From a virus, in the IMG/VR virus record IMGVR_UViG_3300042554_001257, positions 5,489-69,488 of that record: DNA of 64,000 nucleotides; one strand, 5' to 3'. The notes under the pieces are model-generated. The model was not told the origin of the DNA and made no database searches. It saw only the letters and a program-made list of their open reading frames with translations. This document shows positions 41,706-51,618 of the stretch, piece after piece. Within the stretch, counting starts at the first letter, position 1. Each line of letters begins with the position of its first letter. The translations under genes and the position numbers were made by a program.

Positions 41706-43227
41706 AAGGATGCCATTCAACTTTATTAAAAAATCTTTGCCAATATTGATATGTTTTTAAATCGTTAGGTGTACCCCAACAAATGTAGTTATCAATCTCA
41801 AAATTCTTTACTTTGTATCCCAACTCTATTGCCTCGTTGAGCATACTATCTACATAAAACTCACCATTAGTTCTGCTATCATTATCATATAGAGATTTTA
41901 AAGAACGGAAAAAGATTTCCCTTGAACGGAAAAACATAGTTCCAGTGATAGCAAACTCGTTTACAGGATCAGTTCCAGTAAACTTTTTAACATCGACACG
42001 ACTTACATTTCCATCTTCATCACATTTAACCCAAGAATATGCTTCTGGTTGCAAATGACTAGTATAGTTATTTCTATAAGTCCATACTATTATATCATTT
42101 TCTTCATCATTTACCAAATCTAAAAACTTATCAGCATCGTAAAATACTCCATTATCACAAGCAGAAATCAAAATAGAAGAATCTGGATCAATCACATTGA
42201 CGATTCTTTCAGTAGTACATGCTTGTCCTTCAAGAACATCATCAATCCAAATAGTATTTTGACCAGGAGACTGATGACCTTTTAAGCAAGCATAAATGAC
42301 ATCATCAGTTTTTGGTAGGCAGCGAACTGCCTGATCTACCATATTTTTACCATTGACTTGAATGAATGGTTTGGGTGCATCATAACCTTCTTTTGAGAAA
42401 CGACTTCCAGCACCTGCCATTGGAAGAGCAAGAATACAGTTTTCAAGTCTAACTTCTTTCTGACCTTCTAATGCTTTACGATAATAGTTTGACCAACTAT
42501 TATAAACATCAAGATCAAATGGAGTTCCCCATTGAAGCATATAAGGAACTTCATAAACTTGGTTATTCAAACCATCACGAATGAGAAGGTTATATACAAG
42601 ACTTACATAATACTCACCATTGATGTTAATATCTTCATCAATCAACTGTTTAAAGTATTTTTTAACGTAACTTCCTTTTCTAAAATAATAATTTCCAGCA
42701 GAAGCAAACTCAGACATTTTATCGTCTGTAAATGGTTGCTTCTCACGAACTTCTAGGATTCTATTACTCTCATCAGTTTTGCAGAAAGCATAGTTATCAC
42801 TTCCCAACATATGTGGATGAAAACCAGTATAGCATATTACGCATCCATCACACTCCGTCGCATCAACAAAACCCTTAAAATGACGATAATCCCAATAGAT
42901 TGAAAAATCACAATAGTTGATAATGACTTCTTCATCATCATCGATTAAATTTTCAAACTCAGAAACAGAAAATACTGGACCCCTTTTATGTCTAGGGATA
43001 GTGACTATTTCTTTTTGCTCTACAAGTTTATCTAATACATCTACAATATTGGTTTCTTCCTTATGCTTATCATTGATAATAAAAACAAATTTACTATCTT
43101 CCGGATAAAGATTGACGATATGTTCTATAACCTTTCTTCCATCAACTTCAATAAGATATTTTGGAATATCATATCCAGCAGCAACAAATCTGCTGCTCAT
43201 GCCAGACATCGGAATAACAACTTTCAT
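41674..43227 (-). CDS. tandem-duplicated nucleotidyltransferase
   Basis: Two domains, PMSGMSSRF..GY..PK and PMAGAGSRF..GY..PKP, each with NGE(Y/F)YV and WGTP. Confidence 0.8.
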   Translation of the reverse strand: MKVVIPMSGMSSRFVAAGYDIPKYLIEVDGRKVIEHIVNLYPEDSKFVFIINDKHKEETNIVDVLDKLVEQKEIVTIPRHKRGPVFSVSEFENLIDDDEEVIINYCDFSIYWDYRHFKGFVDATECDGCVICYTGFHPHMLGSDNYAFCKTDESNRILEVREKQPFTDDKMSEFASAGNYYFRKGSYVKKYFKQLIDEDININGEYYVSLVYNLLIRDGLNNQVYEVPYMLQWGTPFDLDVYNSWSNYYRKALEGQKEVRLENCILALPMAGAGSRFSKEGYDAPKPFIQVNGKNMVDQAVRCLPKTDDVIYACLKGHQSPGQNTIWIDDVLEGQACTTERIVNVIDPDSSILISACDNGVFYDADKFLDLVNDEENDIIVWTYRNNYTSHLQPEAYSWVKCDEDGNVSRVDVKKFTGTDPVNEFAITGTMFFRSREIFFRSLKSLYDNDSRTNGEFYVDSMLNEAIELGYKVKNFEIDNYICWGTPNDLKTYQYWQRFFNKVEWHPYEYSKDYFTN

Positions 43228-43248
43228 AAGAAAAAACTTTTAAAATAT

Positions 43249-43950
43249 TTATTGATGCCTGGAAGAATCTAGTATATAAGGTTGCTGAAAGTAGTTAATG
43301 GTTAATTGTTTATCATAAGCATTTTGAGTTACAGATGGTTCAAAACTACATTGATATCTTCCATCAAATAATTCTACCATTTCCATACAAAAATTATGAG
43401 TATCCGTATATGCCCTCATTGATTCTCGGTTTCCATACACAGTTGCATCAGAAACCCATGAAACTAATTCACCATATCCCAATGGATTTCGGGTTAGAAC
43501 TGGTACAGTATAATTACACCAAGGAACAACAGAAAATATTTCATATTCTTCACTTTTTTTAACATTAGGTAAACTTGAAGTTATAATATCAGATCTATAT
43601 TTAAGATAAGCATCATATTCAAACATATTTTCATCAGCATATTCAGTAGCCATATCAAATGCTTTCCTATCATTGAAAAACATAGACATAGGATTGTAAG
43701 GTTTTGGTTCTGGACTATTTGTATTCATGTTAATAAAAATTTCCATAAACCTTTGTGGAAATGAATATGGAGAAACATATAATCCCTTTAACCAGGGAGA
43801 TAGATTTTTTCTAACACTATCATAGTATTCACATTCAACATCATTAATTGATGCAAAAAGATCGACATTATATTTCGCATTTTGCAGCAAAGGTAAGAGA
43901 CACGACTCATAGCACTTAATGCGCCCAGAAATTAAAAGTGCAATTCTCAT
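43249..43950 (-). CDS. glycan-associated hypothetical protein
   Basis: MRIALLISGRI...YD...RSD pattern; cluster context. Confidence 0.5.
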   Translation of the reverse strand: MRIALLISGRIKCYESCLLPLLQNAKYNVDLFASINDVECEYYDSVRKNLSPWLKGLYVSPYSFPQRFMEIFINMNTNSPEPKPYNPMSMFFNDRKAFDMATEYADENMFEYDAYLKYRSDIITSSLPNVKKSEEYEIFSVVPWCNYTVPVLTRNPLGYGELVSWVSDATVYGNRESMRAYTDTHNFCMEMVELFDGRYQCSFEPSVTQNAYDKQLTINYFQQPYILDSSRHQ

Positions 43951-44747
43951 ATTACAATCCATCCTGGAATATATAGATCGCTAATATCTTTGGAAGCATC
44001 TGGTCCAGCAAACCAAATACTAGGAGCAACTGTTTTTTTACTTTTTGCTAACCAAGCGCCCCACCAAGAGAATGAGGAGTTTGCAATGATATGATAAGTA
44101 CAAAGAGATTGAAGACAAAGATCAACGCCAGTACTATTTCCTTCTGCAAAAATAAAACGATCTCCCTGAAAAACTTCTTGTTCTTTACACCACTCAATCC
44201 CATCAGAAAAAATCATAACTGGAATGTCTTCTGGCATATGGGACAATCCCTGAGCATAATACTCTAACGTTTGTACTGGGTGATGTGGATATTGCAGATA
44301 ATCTCCCCTACGAAGATGAATTGCAATTACTTCTTCATTACCAAAATTTGATTTAAATGCTTCTTCTGTTGGTTCACGAATTTCATCGGCAAAAGTAAAT
44401 GCCTCACGAATTTGCTTTTCAATATGTTTGAAATACTTCTCAGTCTGAAAATATCCATAGAGACTGATATTATCAGGACATCTTTCCCAGAGATTTTGAT
44501 CTAATCCAAAATTTGCTTCCATTACTTTTGGAAAATTAGTCACATATTTTGGTGCTTCGGGAATCTTAAAGCACTCAAACATTGTAATATCCGAGTTTAC
44601 ACAATTAATATCTCTTGTCGCAACAACTGCTCTTGGTGGCAAGCAATACTCATATCCATGTCTTTGAGCAAGACCACGAAGAGCAGTATATTGAAACATC
44701 TGGTTACCAAGTCTTCCCAGATTTCCTAGATCATCATTTGCAAGCAT
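43947..44747 (-). CDS. alpha-1,2-fucosyltransferase (GT11)
   Basis: GRLGNQMFQY...GYFQTEKYF...HLRRGDY...IIANSSFSWWGAWL. Confidence 0.92.
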   Translation of the reverse strand: MLANDDLGNLGRLGNQMFQYTALRGLAQRHGYEYCLPPRAVVATRDINCVNSDITMFECFKIPEAPKYVTNFPKVMEANFGLDQNLWERCPDNISLYGYFQTEKYFKHIEKQIREAFTFADEIREPTEEAFKSNFGNEEVIAIHLRRGDYLQYPHHPVQTLEYYAQGLSHMPEDIPVMIFSDGIEWCKEQEVFQGDRFIFAEGNSTGVDLCLQSLCTYHIIANSSFSWWGAWLAKSKKTVAPSIWFAGPDASKDISDLYIPGWIVI

Positions 44748-45669
44748 AATCTTTGTACCATTCGTAAGTTGATTTAATACCTTCTTTTAATGAAATTTTT
44801 GGTTCCCAACCAAGTGCCTTGATTTTATCTACATTCAAAACTTTGCGCGGAGTACCATTTGGTTTTGTAGTATCCCAATTAATATAACGATCATAACCAA
44901 CAACATCAGCGATAGTTTCAGCAAGTTCTTTGATCGTTACATCTTCACCAGTACCAACATTAATGTGTTCAGATTCATTATAGTCTCTCATGCAAATAAA
45001 ACACGCTTCTGCAAGATCATCAACGTGCAGAAATTCTCTCATTGCAGAACCATCACCCCAGAGTTTCACTTCCCAATGTCTACTATGATTGAGAGCAGTA
45101 TGAAACTTAGCAATCATTGCAGGAAGAACGTGTGATGTTTCCAAATCAAAATTATCATTAGGACCATAAAGATTTGTGGGCATCAAAGAGATAGCATTAA
45201 ATCCATACTGCTTTCGATATGCCTGACACATCTTAATGCCAGCAATTTTAGCAATCGCATAAGCATCATTTGTTGGTTCAAGAGCACCAGTCATCAATTG
45301 GTCTTCTGTGATTGGTTGAGTTGCAAACTTAGGATAGATACAGGATGAACCAAGAAACAAAAGTTTCTTTACACCAAACTTTCTAGCAGCATCGATGATG
45401 TTTGTTTGAATCATCAAGTTATCATAGATGAAGTGTGCTGGATAGTCATTGTTTGCACCAATACCACCAACTTTTGCTGCTGCAAGATAGACATACTCTG
45501 GTTCATTTACTCTAAAAAATCTCTCAACATCTTCTTGCCTTCTCAAATCCCAATGAGAAGATGGTGTTGAAATAATATTCGTATATCCCTTCATATGAAG
45601 CATACGAACAATTGCAGAACCGACTAATCCTGTATTTCCAGCAACATAAACACGACTTTCACTGTCCAT
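44734..45669 (-). CDS. fcl: GDP-L-fucose synthase
   Basis: AAAKVGGI...LGSSCIYPK...[12 protein letters not shown]...REFLHVDD. Confidence 0.93.
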   Translation of the reverse strand: MDSESRVYVAGNTGLVGSAIVRMLHMKGYTNIISTPSSHWDLRRQEDVERFFRVNEPEYVYLAAAKVGGIGANNDYPAHFIYDNLMIQTNIIDAARKFGVKKLLFLGSSCIYPKFATQPITEDQLMTGALEPTNDAYAIAKIAGIKMCQAYRKQYGFNAISLMPTNLYGPNDNFDLETSHVLPAMIAKFHTALNHSRHWEVKLWGDGSAMREFLHVDDLAEACFICMRDYNESEHINVGTGEDVTIKELAETIADVVGYDRYINWDTTKPNGTPRKVLNVDKIKALGWEPKISLKEGIKSTYEWYKDYACK

Positions 45670-46660
45670 AAATGCACATATCCTCAACAAGTTGTTTAAA
45701 AGAAATTTTAGGTTCCCAACCTAGATTTTCCTTTGCCTTAGTGGCATCACCTAATAAAGTCTCTACTTCAGCAGGTCGAAAATATTTAGGATTAACCTTA
45801 ATGACCGTTCTACCAGTAGTCTTATCAATACCTACTTCATCAAGTCCTTCACCTTCCCAAACAATATTCATACCAAAATAAGGTGCCGATTCTTCTACAA
45901 ACTCCTTTACAGAATACTGAACACCAGTAGCAATCACATAATCTTCTGGTTCATCTTGTTGGAGCATCAACCACATTGCCTCCACAAAGTCCTTTGCGTG
46001 TCCCCAGTCACGTTTTGCATTTAGATTACCAAGTTCAAGAACATCTTGAAGACCAGAAGAAATTTTAGAAAGTCCACGAGTAATCTTACGAGTCACGAAA
46101 GTTTCACCACGCCTAGGAGATTCGTGATTGAACAGAATGCCAGTACAAGCATACATTCCATATGCCTCACGATAGTTCTTTGTAATCCAGTACCCATAAA
46201 GCTTCGCCACACCATAGGGAGAACGGGGGTAGAAGGGTGTGGTCTCCTTCTGTGGGGTTTCCTGAACTAGTCCGTAGAGTTCGCTAGTAGATGCCTGATA
46301 GATCCGCACACGGTCTTCCATGCCCAGAAGACGCACTGCTTCAAGGATACGTAGAGTTCCCACACCATCGACATCAGCAGTGTATTCAGGCATCTCAAAG
46401 GATACTTTGACATGGCTCTGAGCACCAAGATTGTAAATTTCATCTGGTTGGACTTTTTGTATGACTCTTACTATATTAGTAGAATCTGTTAAGTCTCCGT
46501 AATGTAACTTAACATTTTGATACAAATGATCAATTCGATGGGTATTGATTAGAGAAGACCTTCTTACAATACCATGAACTTGATAACCCTTTTCCAAAAG
46601 AAGTTCGGCAAGATAAGATCCATCTTGTCCTGTAATACCAGTAATTAAAGCAACTTTCAT
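45659..46660 (-). CDS. gmd: GDP-mannose 4,6-dehydratase
   Basis: [14 protein letters not shown]...QSHVKVSF...[16 protein letters not shown]. Confidence 0.96.
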   Translation of the reverse strand: MKVALITGITGQDGSYLAELLLEKGYQVHGIVRRSSLINTHRIDHLYQNVKLHYGDLTDSTNIVRVIQKVQPDEIYNLGAQSHVKVSFEMPEYTADVDGVGTLRILEAVRLLGMEDRVRIYQASTSELYGLVQETPQKETTPFYPRSPYGVAKLYGYWITKNYREAYGMYACTGILFNHESPRRGETFVTRKITRGLSKISSGLQDVLELGNLNAKRDWGHAKDFVEAMWLMLQQDEPEDYVIATGVQYSVKEFVEESAPYFGMNIVWEGEGLDEVGIDKTTGRTVIKVNPKYFRPAEVETLLGDATKAKENLGWEPKISFKQLVEDMCIYGQ

Positions 46661-46680
46661 ATAATAAAGTCTTTCGTATC

Positions 46681-46716
46681 ATTATACTAAAAAAGGAGAG
46701 TTTATGCAACTCTCCC
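46681..46716 (-). promoter_or_regulatory. terminator hairpin overlapping a sigma70-like promoter for the gmd cluster
   Basis: GGAGAGTT/AACTCTCC + T6; TTGCAT-17-TATAAT. Confidence 0.6.
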
Positions 46717-46721
46717 ATTAG

Positions 46722-46828
46722 GTCTTTCATGCACGCCACCAATTCTTTGACTGGAAATTGGAAACCAGGCGGGAGTTATAAACCCCATCCGCACCAGTCG
46801 GCATATTTAACGTCCATCCGACGAGGAC
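46722..46828 (-). ncRNA. wcaG-like structured RNA (two pseudoknots, each followed by UGGYG)
   Basis: GTCC/GGAC + GTCGG/CCGAC then TGGTG; CTGG/CCAG + CCAATT/AATTGG then TGGCG; upstream of gmd/fcl. Family assignment is from memory of the motif description. Confidence 0.6.
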
Positions 46829-46836
46829 AATTAAAT

Positions 46837-47340
46837 TTAAATTTTATCTGGAGGCATACTCGAAAAAAATGTAAGTGTCATCCTACTATTTTCTTTTGTA
46901 TTTCCAAATAAATCTGTTGGTCCATGCATATTTCTTGCATTGTAGAAAATCATCCTATTAAAAACATTTTCAACAGAAAACAAAAAATTGCGGGCATCAT
47001 CATAAAAGGAAGTTCCAGAATTAGAAGTAGGATTTGGTGTTAGGTATACTAAACCAGCATACTCACAAAAGTCAGGATGAACTTTCCATTCATGAAAATC
47101 ATATGGACACGTCCATTTATTTTTTTCTAGTGAATATCTAAAAACAAAATAAAATTTTTCTATTTCCCTAGACTCAGTAACATGATTATGAATCATGCTA
47201 GTAAACTCTCTTGAAAGATTTTCATCAGTTATATGATGAGTATATCCAAGAAATGGATCTTCAAAATATTCAGATTCAAGAGATATGTCCCTTATATTAT
47301 TTGGACATTCAAAAAAATTTTCTACTATTTTAACGTTCAT
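46837..47340 (-). CDS. 2OG-Fe(II) oxygenase-like protein
   Basis: VHPD...AGLVYLTP...GTSFY...ENVFNRMIFY...H...RMTLTFF. Confidence 0.65.
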   Translation of the reverse strand: MNVKIVENFFECPNNIRDISLESEYFEDPFLGYTHHITDENLSREFTSMIHNHVTESREIEKFYFVFRYSLEKNKWTCPYDFHEWKVHPDFCEYAGLVYLTPNPTSNSGTSFYDDARNFLFSVENVFNRMIFYNARNMHGPTDLFGNTKENSRMTLTFFSSMPPDKI

Positions 47341-47367
47341 ATGGGTCATTGACTCCACCACTTGGTT

Positions 47368-47595
47368 TTAAGAAACCAAGAAAAGTTGGGTTAACTTTGA
47401 TATTTCGGTAATACCAAAGAATGCTATCAGAAACAGCACATCCCAAAGTTTAAGTTTGATTGCAAAAGGAATACCAAGTAGTCCTCCGATAAACTTAATG
47501 ATTAAACCGTTTTTAAAATCTCCCCATAACATGATTTGATAACCAAGTAAGAGGAGAAAGTTCCCAAGATACCTTAGGATACTTATTTTAGACAT
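47368..47595 (-). CDS. small membrane protein
   Basis: Three hydrophobic segments. Confidence 0.55.
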   Translation of the reverse strand: MSKISILRYLGNFLLLLGYQIMLWGDFKNGLIIKFIGGLLGIPFAIKLKLWDVLFLIAFFGITEISKLTQLFLVS

Positions 47596-47621
47596 AAGGG
47601 GTTTGCTCCCGACCAGTGCTT

Positions 47622-47873
47622 TTAAAGACTCTCCGTGTCTTCATCATCTCTAACATAACAAGGAACTCTGTCTGGATCTAACCATTTCGCATACTCAATA
47701 TCCTCCATTGCAGTAGAACATTGTAGAACATTATCAAAAAGATAAATGTCATTCCAGCGTTTGGTATAATAATTTTGCTTTTGCAAACGATAATCGGGTT
47801 TACCGTTTATCTCAAGAATACCCGCTTCAATAAAGCGGTATCCTTCACGTTCCAGAAGAACTTTGGTTTTCAT
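47622..47873 (-). CDS. hypothetical protein
   Basis: 83-aa ORF. Confidence 0.55.
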   Translation of the reverse strand: MKTKVLLEREGYRFIEAGILEINGKPDYRLQKQNYYTKRWNDIYLFDNVLQCSTAMEDIEYAKWLDPDRVPCYVRDDEDTESL

Positions 47874-48005
47874 ATCAATTCAAGTAGATATAATCTGGAT
47901 GTTGCACTTTAAATGAATTAACTTGCTCTTCATTTTTAAAAAACTTACGAAGAACAGTATTTTGATGTTCTTTGAACAGATACTTTACTTCAATTAGTTT
48001 TTCCA

Positions 48006-48221
48006 TCACGCAACCTCAATAGATTCAAGATCTTGATCGATGTACTCCATAAGCATTTCGTAATCATCAAGGGGGTCACCAGAAAATACGACGCCTTCGT
48101 TTTCATAAAAGCGACGAACCTTTTTATAAAGTTTCGGATTCTTTACATCAAGGTAGATTTCCCCGTTAGCAGCAAGACGAAGAGTGCTAACATCTTTCTT
48201 GAATTTTTGGATCAGAGACAT
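48006..48221 (-). CDS. cyanophage hypothetical protein
   Basis: Start reassigned to ATG 48221 (MSLIQKF); TTGACA-17-TATAAT upstream. Confidence 0.6.
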   Translation of the reverse strand: MSLIQKFKKDVSTLRLAANGEIYLDVKNPKLYKKVRRFYENEGVVFSGDPLDDYEMLMEYIDQDLESIEVA

Positions 48222-48297
48222 TGTTTTGTTTGTTGACCTAGTTATTATAAGGTGTTTAGACTTGTGTGTCAAGTGTGCCAGTGAAGTAACTGGCGAG

Positions 48298-48372
48298 TCG
48301 GGGTGACAGAATTCGAATCTGCGACTTCCGCTTCCCAAAAGCGGCGCTCTATCCAAGCTGAGCTACACCCCG
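48298..48372 (-). tRNA. trnP: tRNA-Pro(TGG)
   Basis: Cloverleaf, CCGCT-TT-TGG-GA-AGCGG; own TTGACA-17-TATAAT promoter. Confidence 0.92.
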
Positions 48373-48564
48373 TTGCGTTGAGTAGTCTTGCTTCTCAACA
48401 GAACTAATTATACTACTTCTTGTACCCTTTGTCAAATGGTGCCCAGTGCTGCCAGTTGTATTTATGAATTGCCCAGATACCCATAATAGGAAGCACAATC
48501 AAAATATATCCAAGAAATCCAAGAGTATAGGGGTTTTCAAGAACCCATCGTGCAAAGTGTCCCA

Positions 48565-48786
48565 TCAATATCCCCTCCAAGTTTTAAATTCATAATAAAA
48601 ATATTGATCCAGTATCCTATCATCCAATGGGGCATTTTCAGTTCTATGAGCCCATACCTCACAGAATTCTAAGATACGACGATCGTGTAATGAACTATGC
48701 CCCCACATTCTTACAAATGCCGATACTGCAAAGTGATACCGCTGTCTAATGTGCGGTTCCGTTTCCTTTATACTTTTCGGTATCAT
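48565..48786 (-). CDS. hypothetical protein
   Basis: 73-aa ORF. Confidence 0.45.
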   Translation of the reverse strand: MIPKSIKETEPHIRQRYHFAVSAFVRMWGHSSLHDRRILEFCEVWAHRTENAPLDDRILDQYFYYEFKTWRGY

Positions 48787-48867
48787 AATACCCTCCTTTT
48801 GTTCCGAAATAAAGAGTTGTTAATACGAAAGGAATTGAAACAAATAAAAGTGCTTTTGCTAATAACA

Positions 48868-49368
48868 TCATACCATCTCCATTGCTCTTGAAAGTTCAAT
48901 ATAGTGATTGATTTCATCCACTGCGATTTCACCTATTCTGGCGTCTTCTGGATGATCCCAGAAGTAGTTTAGATAGGTTTCTGTGGCGTGATACTCAATA
49001 CCTGCATTCAGGTGATAAGCAGAGACAGGAGCAATAAAATAATAACCCACCAAAATCCAATAATAGACGAGAACCAAGTGATAAGCAATAAAACGGTCAT
49101 GCCAACGGTCGGCACCACCACGCCTTTCCATTTCGATGAGATGTTCGGTTTCATTGAGTGTCTGTGCAAAGTGTTCTTTCATTAAGTAGTAGTGTGATAA
49201 ATCTCTGAGTCCTAATGATTCTTTAAGATGCAGCACACTCACGAAAGCAAAGTATGGTGCTCTGGCAATTGTTTCCAAAACCCAGAATCTTTGTATGGGT
49301 AAGTCACGATACAGAAAGTCAATGATTGATATCGTGACTAGCAGGATTGTATCGTTGAACTTTTTCAT
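48868..49368 (-). CDS. ptoX: plastoquinol terminal oxidase
   Basis: RFWVLETIARAPYF...NETEHL...EYHATETY...DEINH di-iron ligands. Confidence 0.92.
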   Translation of the reverse strand: MKKFNDTILLVTISIIDFLYRDLPIQRFWVLETIARAPYFAFVSVLHLKESLGLRDLSHYYLMKEHFAQTLNETEHLIEMERRGGADRWHDRFIAYHLVLVYYWILVGYYFIAPVSAYHLNAGIEYHATETYLNYFWDHPEDARIGEIAVDEINHYIELSRAMEMV

Positions 49369-49532
49369 AAAAATACGCCTGGTTTGTAATCTACTAACTT
49401 TCGAATCTCATCCAGAAGTGCTCCATACTCTTTAAATTTTCTGTCACCAGCGATAAAATGTCTTTGCCTTGTCCAGACTGCATCTGCTAAAAGTTTCAGT
49501 TCGTATTCTGATAATCCGTTAAATCTTTCCAT
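49365..49532 (-). CDS. 55-aa hypothetical protein
   Basis: Not in ORF track; MERFNGLSEYELKLLADAVW..., stop overlaps the ptoX start. Confidence 0.5.
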   Translation of the reverse strand: MERFNGLSEYELKLLADAVWTRQRHFIAGDRKFKEYGALLDEIRKLVDYKPGVFL

Positions 49533-49543
49533 TTAATAACTCC

Positions 49544-50587
49544 TTATCTTACGTGATGACCACCGAACATATAACGCATTCCATTTAAGATTTTTGCTCC
49601 GAAGGATCCGAGATTGCGTGAGTTAAATCTTTCAAATAGTGCAGTAGTAATGACAGGAGCGGGAACCCCCAGATCCACAGCGGCAGAAACAGTCCAACGA
49701 CCCTCACCACTGTCGGATACGCCGCCAGAGAACTGTTTAAGCTCACCATCCCTGCGTAACACATCAGCAGTAAGATCGAGTAACCAAGACCCAACCACGC
49801 TACCACGACGCCATAACTCAGCCACCTCAGCAACATCAATATCATAACAATAACTTTCGGGGTCTGCCATTGGGGCAACCTCTGCATCTCCTTCTCTGAC
49901 ATACTTGGCACCTGCATTGGCGTTTTTAATAATGTTAAATCCTTCTGCATATGCCTGCATTATTCCATACTCAATTCCATTATGAACCATTTTAACAAAG
50001 TGCCCTGCGCCTGGACCACCACAATGCAACCAACCAAACTCAGCAGAAGTTACGTCTGAGTTAAATTGAGTCCTGGTGGCAGCACCGATTCCTGGTGCGA
50101 GGGCATCAAAAATGCTTGCACAAGTGGCGACTGCAGTATTTCCACCTCCAACCATAAGACAGTATCCACGATCCAAGCCATAAACACCACCGCTAGTGCC
50201 GCAATCAATATATTGGATACCCAACTTTGCAAGACGCTCTGCTCTTTTCCGACTGTCTTTAAAATTGCTATTGCCATGATCAATAATAATATCTCCTTCG
50301 TCACAATATCGTAGTAACTCATTAATCGTCTCCTCTACTGTTTCTGCTGGTACAACCATCATAAAGATGCCTGGTCCATATTTGTCTGATACTCCACTCT
50401 GAGTATGTTTTACTACTTGAGCAAGGCTTTGTATAGAAGTTGTAATACCATTAACATATCCGTTTTCGTATGCTTCGTTTGCTTTTTCATAATTTCTTCG
50501 ATACCCCCAAACTTCTATTCCTGCTTTCATCATACGGCGAGACATGCCCTCACCCATTCTTCCCAAACCAATTAATCCTACTTTCAT
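49544..50587 (-). CDS. gnd: 6-phosphogluconate dehydrogenase (short type)
   Basis: GLIGLGRMG...GAGHFVKMVHNGIEYG...SDSGEGRW...FGGH. Confidence 0.93.
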   Translation of the reverse strand: MKVGLIGLGRMGEGMSRRMMKAGIEVWGYRRNYEKANEAYENGYVNGITTSIQSLAQVVKHTQSGVSDKYGPGIFMMVVPAETVEETINELLRYCDEGDIIIDHGNSNFKDSRKRAERLAKLGIQYIDCGTSGGVYGLDRGYCLMVGGGNTAVATCASIFDALAPGIGAATRTQFNSDVTSAEFGWLHCGGPGAGHFVKMVHNGIEYGIMQAYAEGFNIIKNANAGAKYVREGDAEVAPMADPESYCYDIDVAEVAELWRRGSVVGSWLLDLTADVLRRDGELKQFSGGVSDSGEGRWTVSAAVDLGVPAPVITTALFERFNSRNLGSFGAKILNGMRYMFGGHHVR

Positions 50588-50784
50588 ACAACTCCTGGAT
50601 ATGCGTGTGTAAGTCCCCAATAAATGAATAGTATAATAGAACCAAAAAGTAAAAATGAAGATATAAAAAGATTACTCATCGTCCTCATCCTCATAAGTTG
50701 AAGGTTCTTCAAATAGTTCGTCTATTTTCTGTTGTAAAACTCTCCTTTGGAGTTCTTGCAAATCTTTTTCTGTAATTATCCCCA

Positions 50785-50991
50785 TTAGTTTAAAGTAATT
50801 TTAAGAAATGGAAGTAACGGGGGAATAACCCCAATCAACCTTAAAAGTCCCTCAGCAAATAAAGCAAGAACCACCCAACCGACGCACATACTAATGATAG
50901 AAGCATTACGGTTGTGTCGTCGTATTGCAGCATCGATCATCTCCTGCACTTCTGTGCGAGTTACATAATCATCGTCAAATGGTTCCATCAT
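50785..50991 (-). CDS. small membrane protein
   Basis: IRRHNRNASIISM...TM segment. Confidence 0.55.
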   Translation of the reverse strand: MMEPFDDDYVTRTEVQEMIDAAIRRHNRNASIISMCVGWVVLALFAEGLLRLIGVIPPLLPFLKITLN

Positions 50992-51137
50992 TTCTCATCT
51001 CCAAGAAACTTTGCCAGAGGATCTCTTCTGGTTTTAACGATTTCTACTGCTCTCTTATAGAACATATTATCGGTGTTCCCAGAAGATTCAAAAGTCTCCT
51101 TGATCTTCACCCAATTGTCATAGGTGTGCTGATCCAT
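50988..51137 (-). CDS. 49-aa hypothetical protein
   Basis: Not in ORF track; MDQHTYDNWVKIKETFESSGNTDNMFYKRA. Confidence 0.5.
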   Translation of the reverse strand: MDQHTYDNWVKIKETFESSGNTDNMFYKRAVEIVKTRRDPLAKFLGDEK

Positions 51138-51249
51138 AGGGTTTTAGGTTGAATACTACTAGTTATTCTAGTAAGTACTTTTACTATGTCAAGTTTGTGT
51201 TGATACAAAAATATAGATTAAGAAAATCTAAAATTTGTAATATTTGTAA

Positions 51250-51333
51250 CGGAAGCGGTTGGATTCGAACCAACGGTGCTATTAACACGCTTGTTTTCAA
51301 GACAAGTTCCTTAAACCACTCGGACACGCTTCC
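51250..51333 (-). tRNA. trnS: tRNA-Ser(TGA)
   Basis: CTTGT-CT-TGA-AA-ACAAG; long variable arm; G73. Confidence 0.92.
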
Positions 51334-51344
51334 AATAAAAGTCC

Positions 51345-51602
51345 TTAACGGACTTCAAAATCTAAACGTCTTACTTTACGTTGTCTCCTTGCCTCCTGAA
51401 AGGCAAGATCTTCATTAGTCAGAACACCAGGTTTTGATTTGTGTCCATAAGAGTTTAACATAACAACAGCAGATAAGTCAACTGCCGAAATCTTATCACC
51501 ACGAATGGATGCCATATTAGGGCAACCACAAGACACAGTTTTCGTAGGATGCCCTTCTAACTCCCTACCACAGGAGCGGCATCTAATTCTTAAATTTTCC
51601 AT
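51345..51602 (-). CDS. Zn-binding hypothetical protein
   Basis: CRSCG...SCGCPN. Confidence 0.6.
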   Translation of the reverse strand: MENLRIRCRSCGRELEGHPTKTVSCGCPNMASIRGDKISAVDLSAVVMLNSYGHKSKPGVLTNEDLAFQEARRQRKVRRLDFEVR

Positions 51603-51618
51603 CTCTATAATAAGTTAA

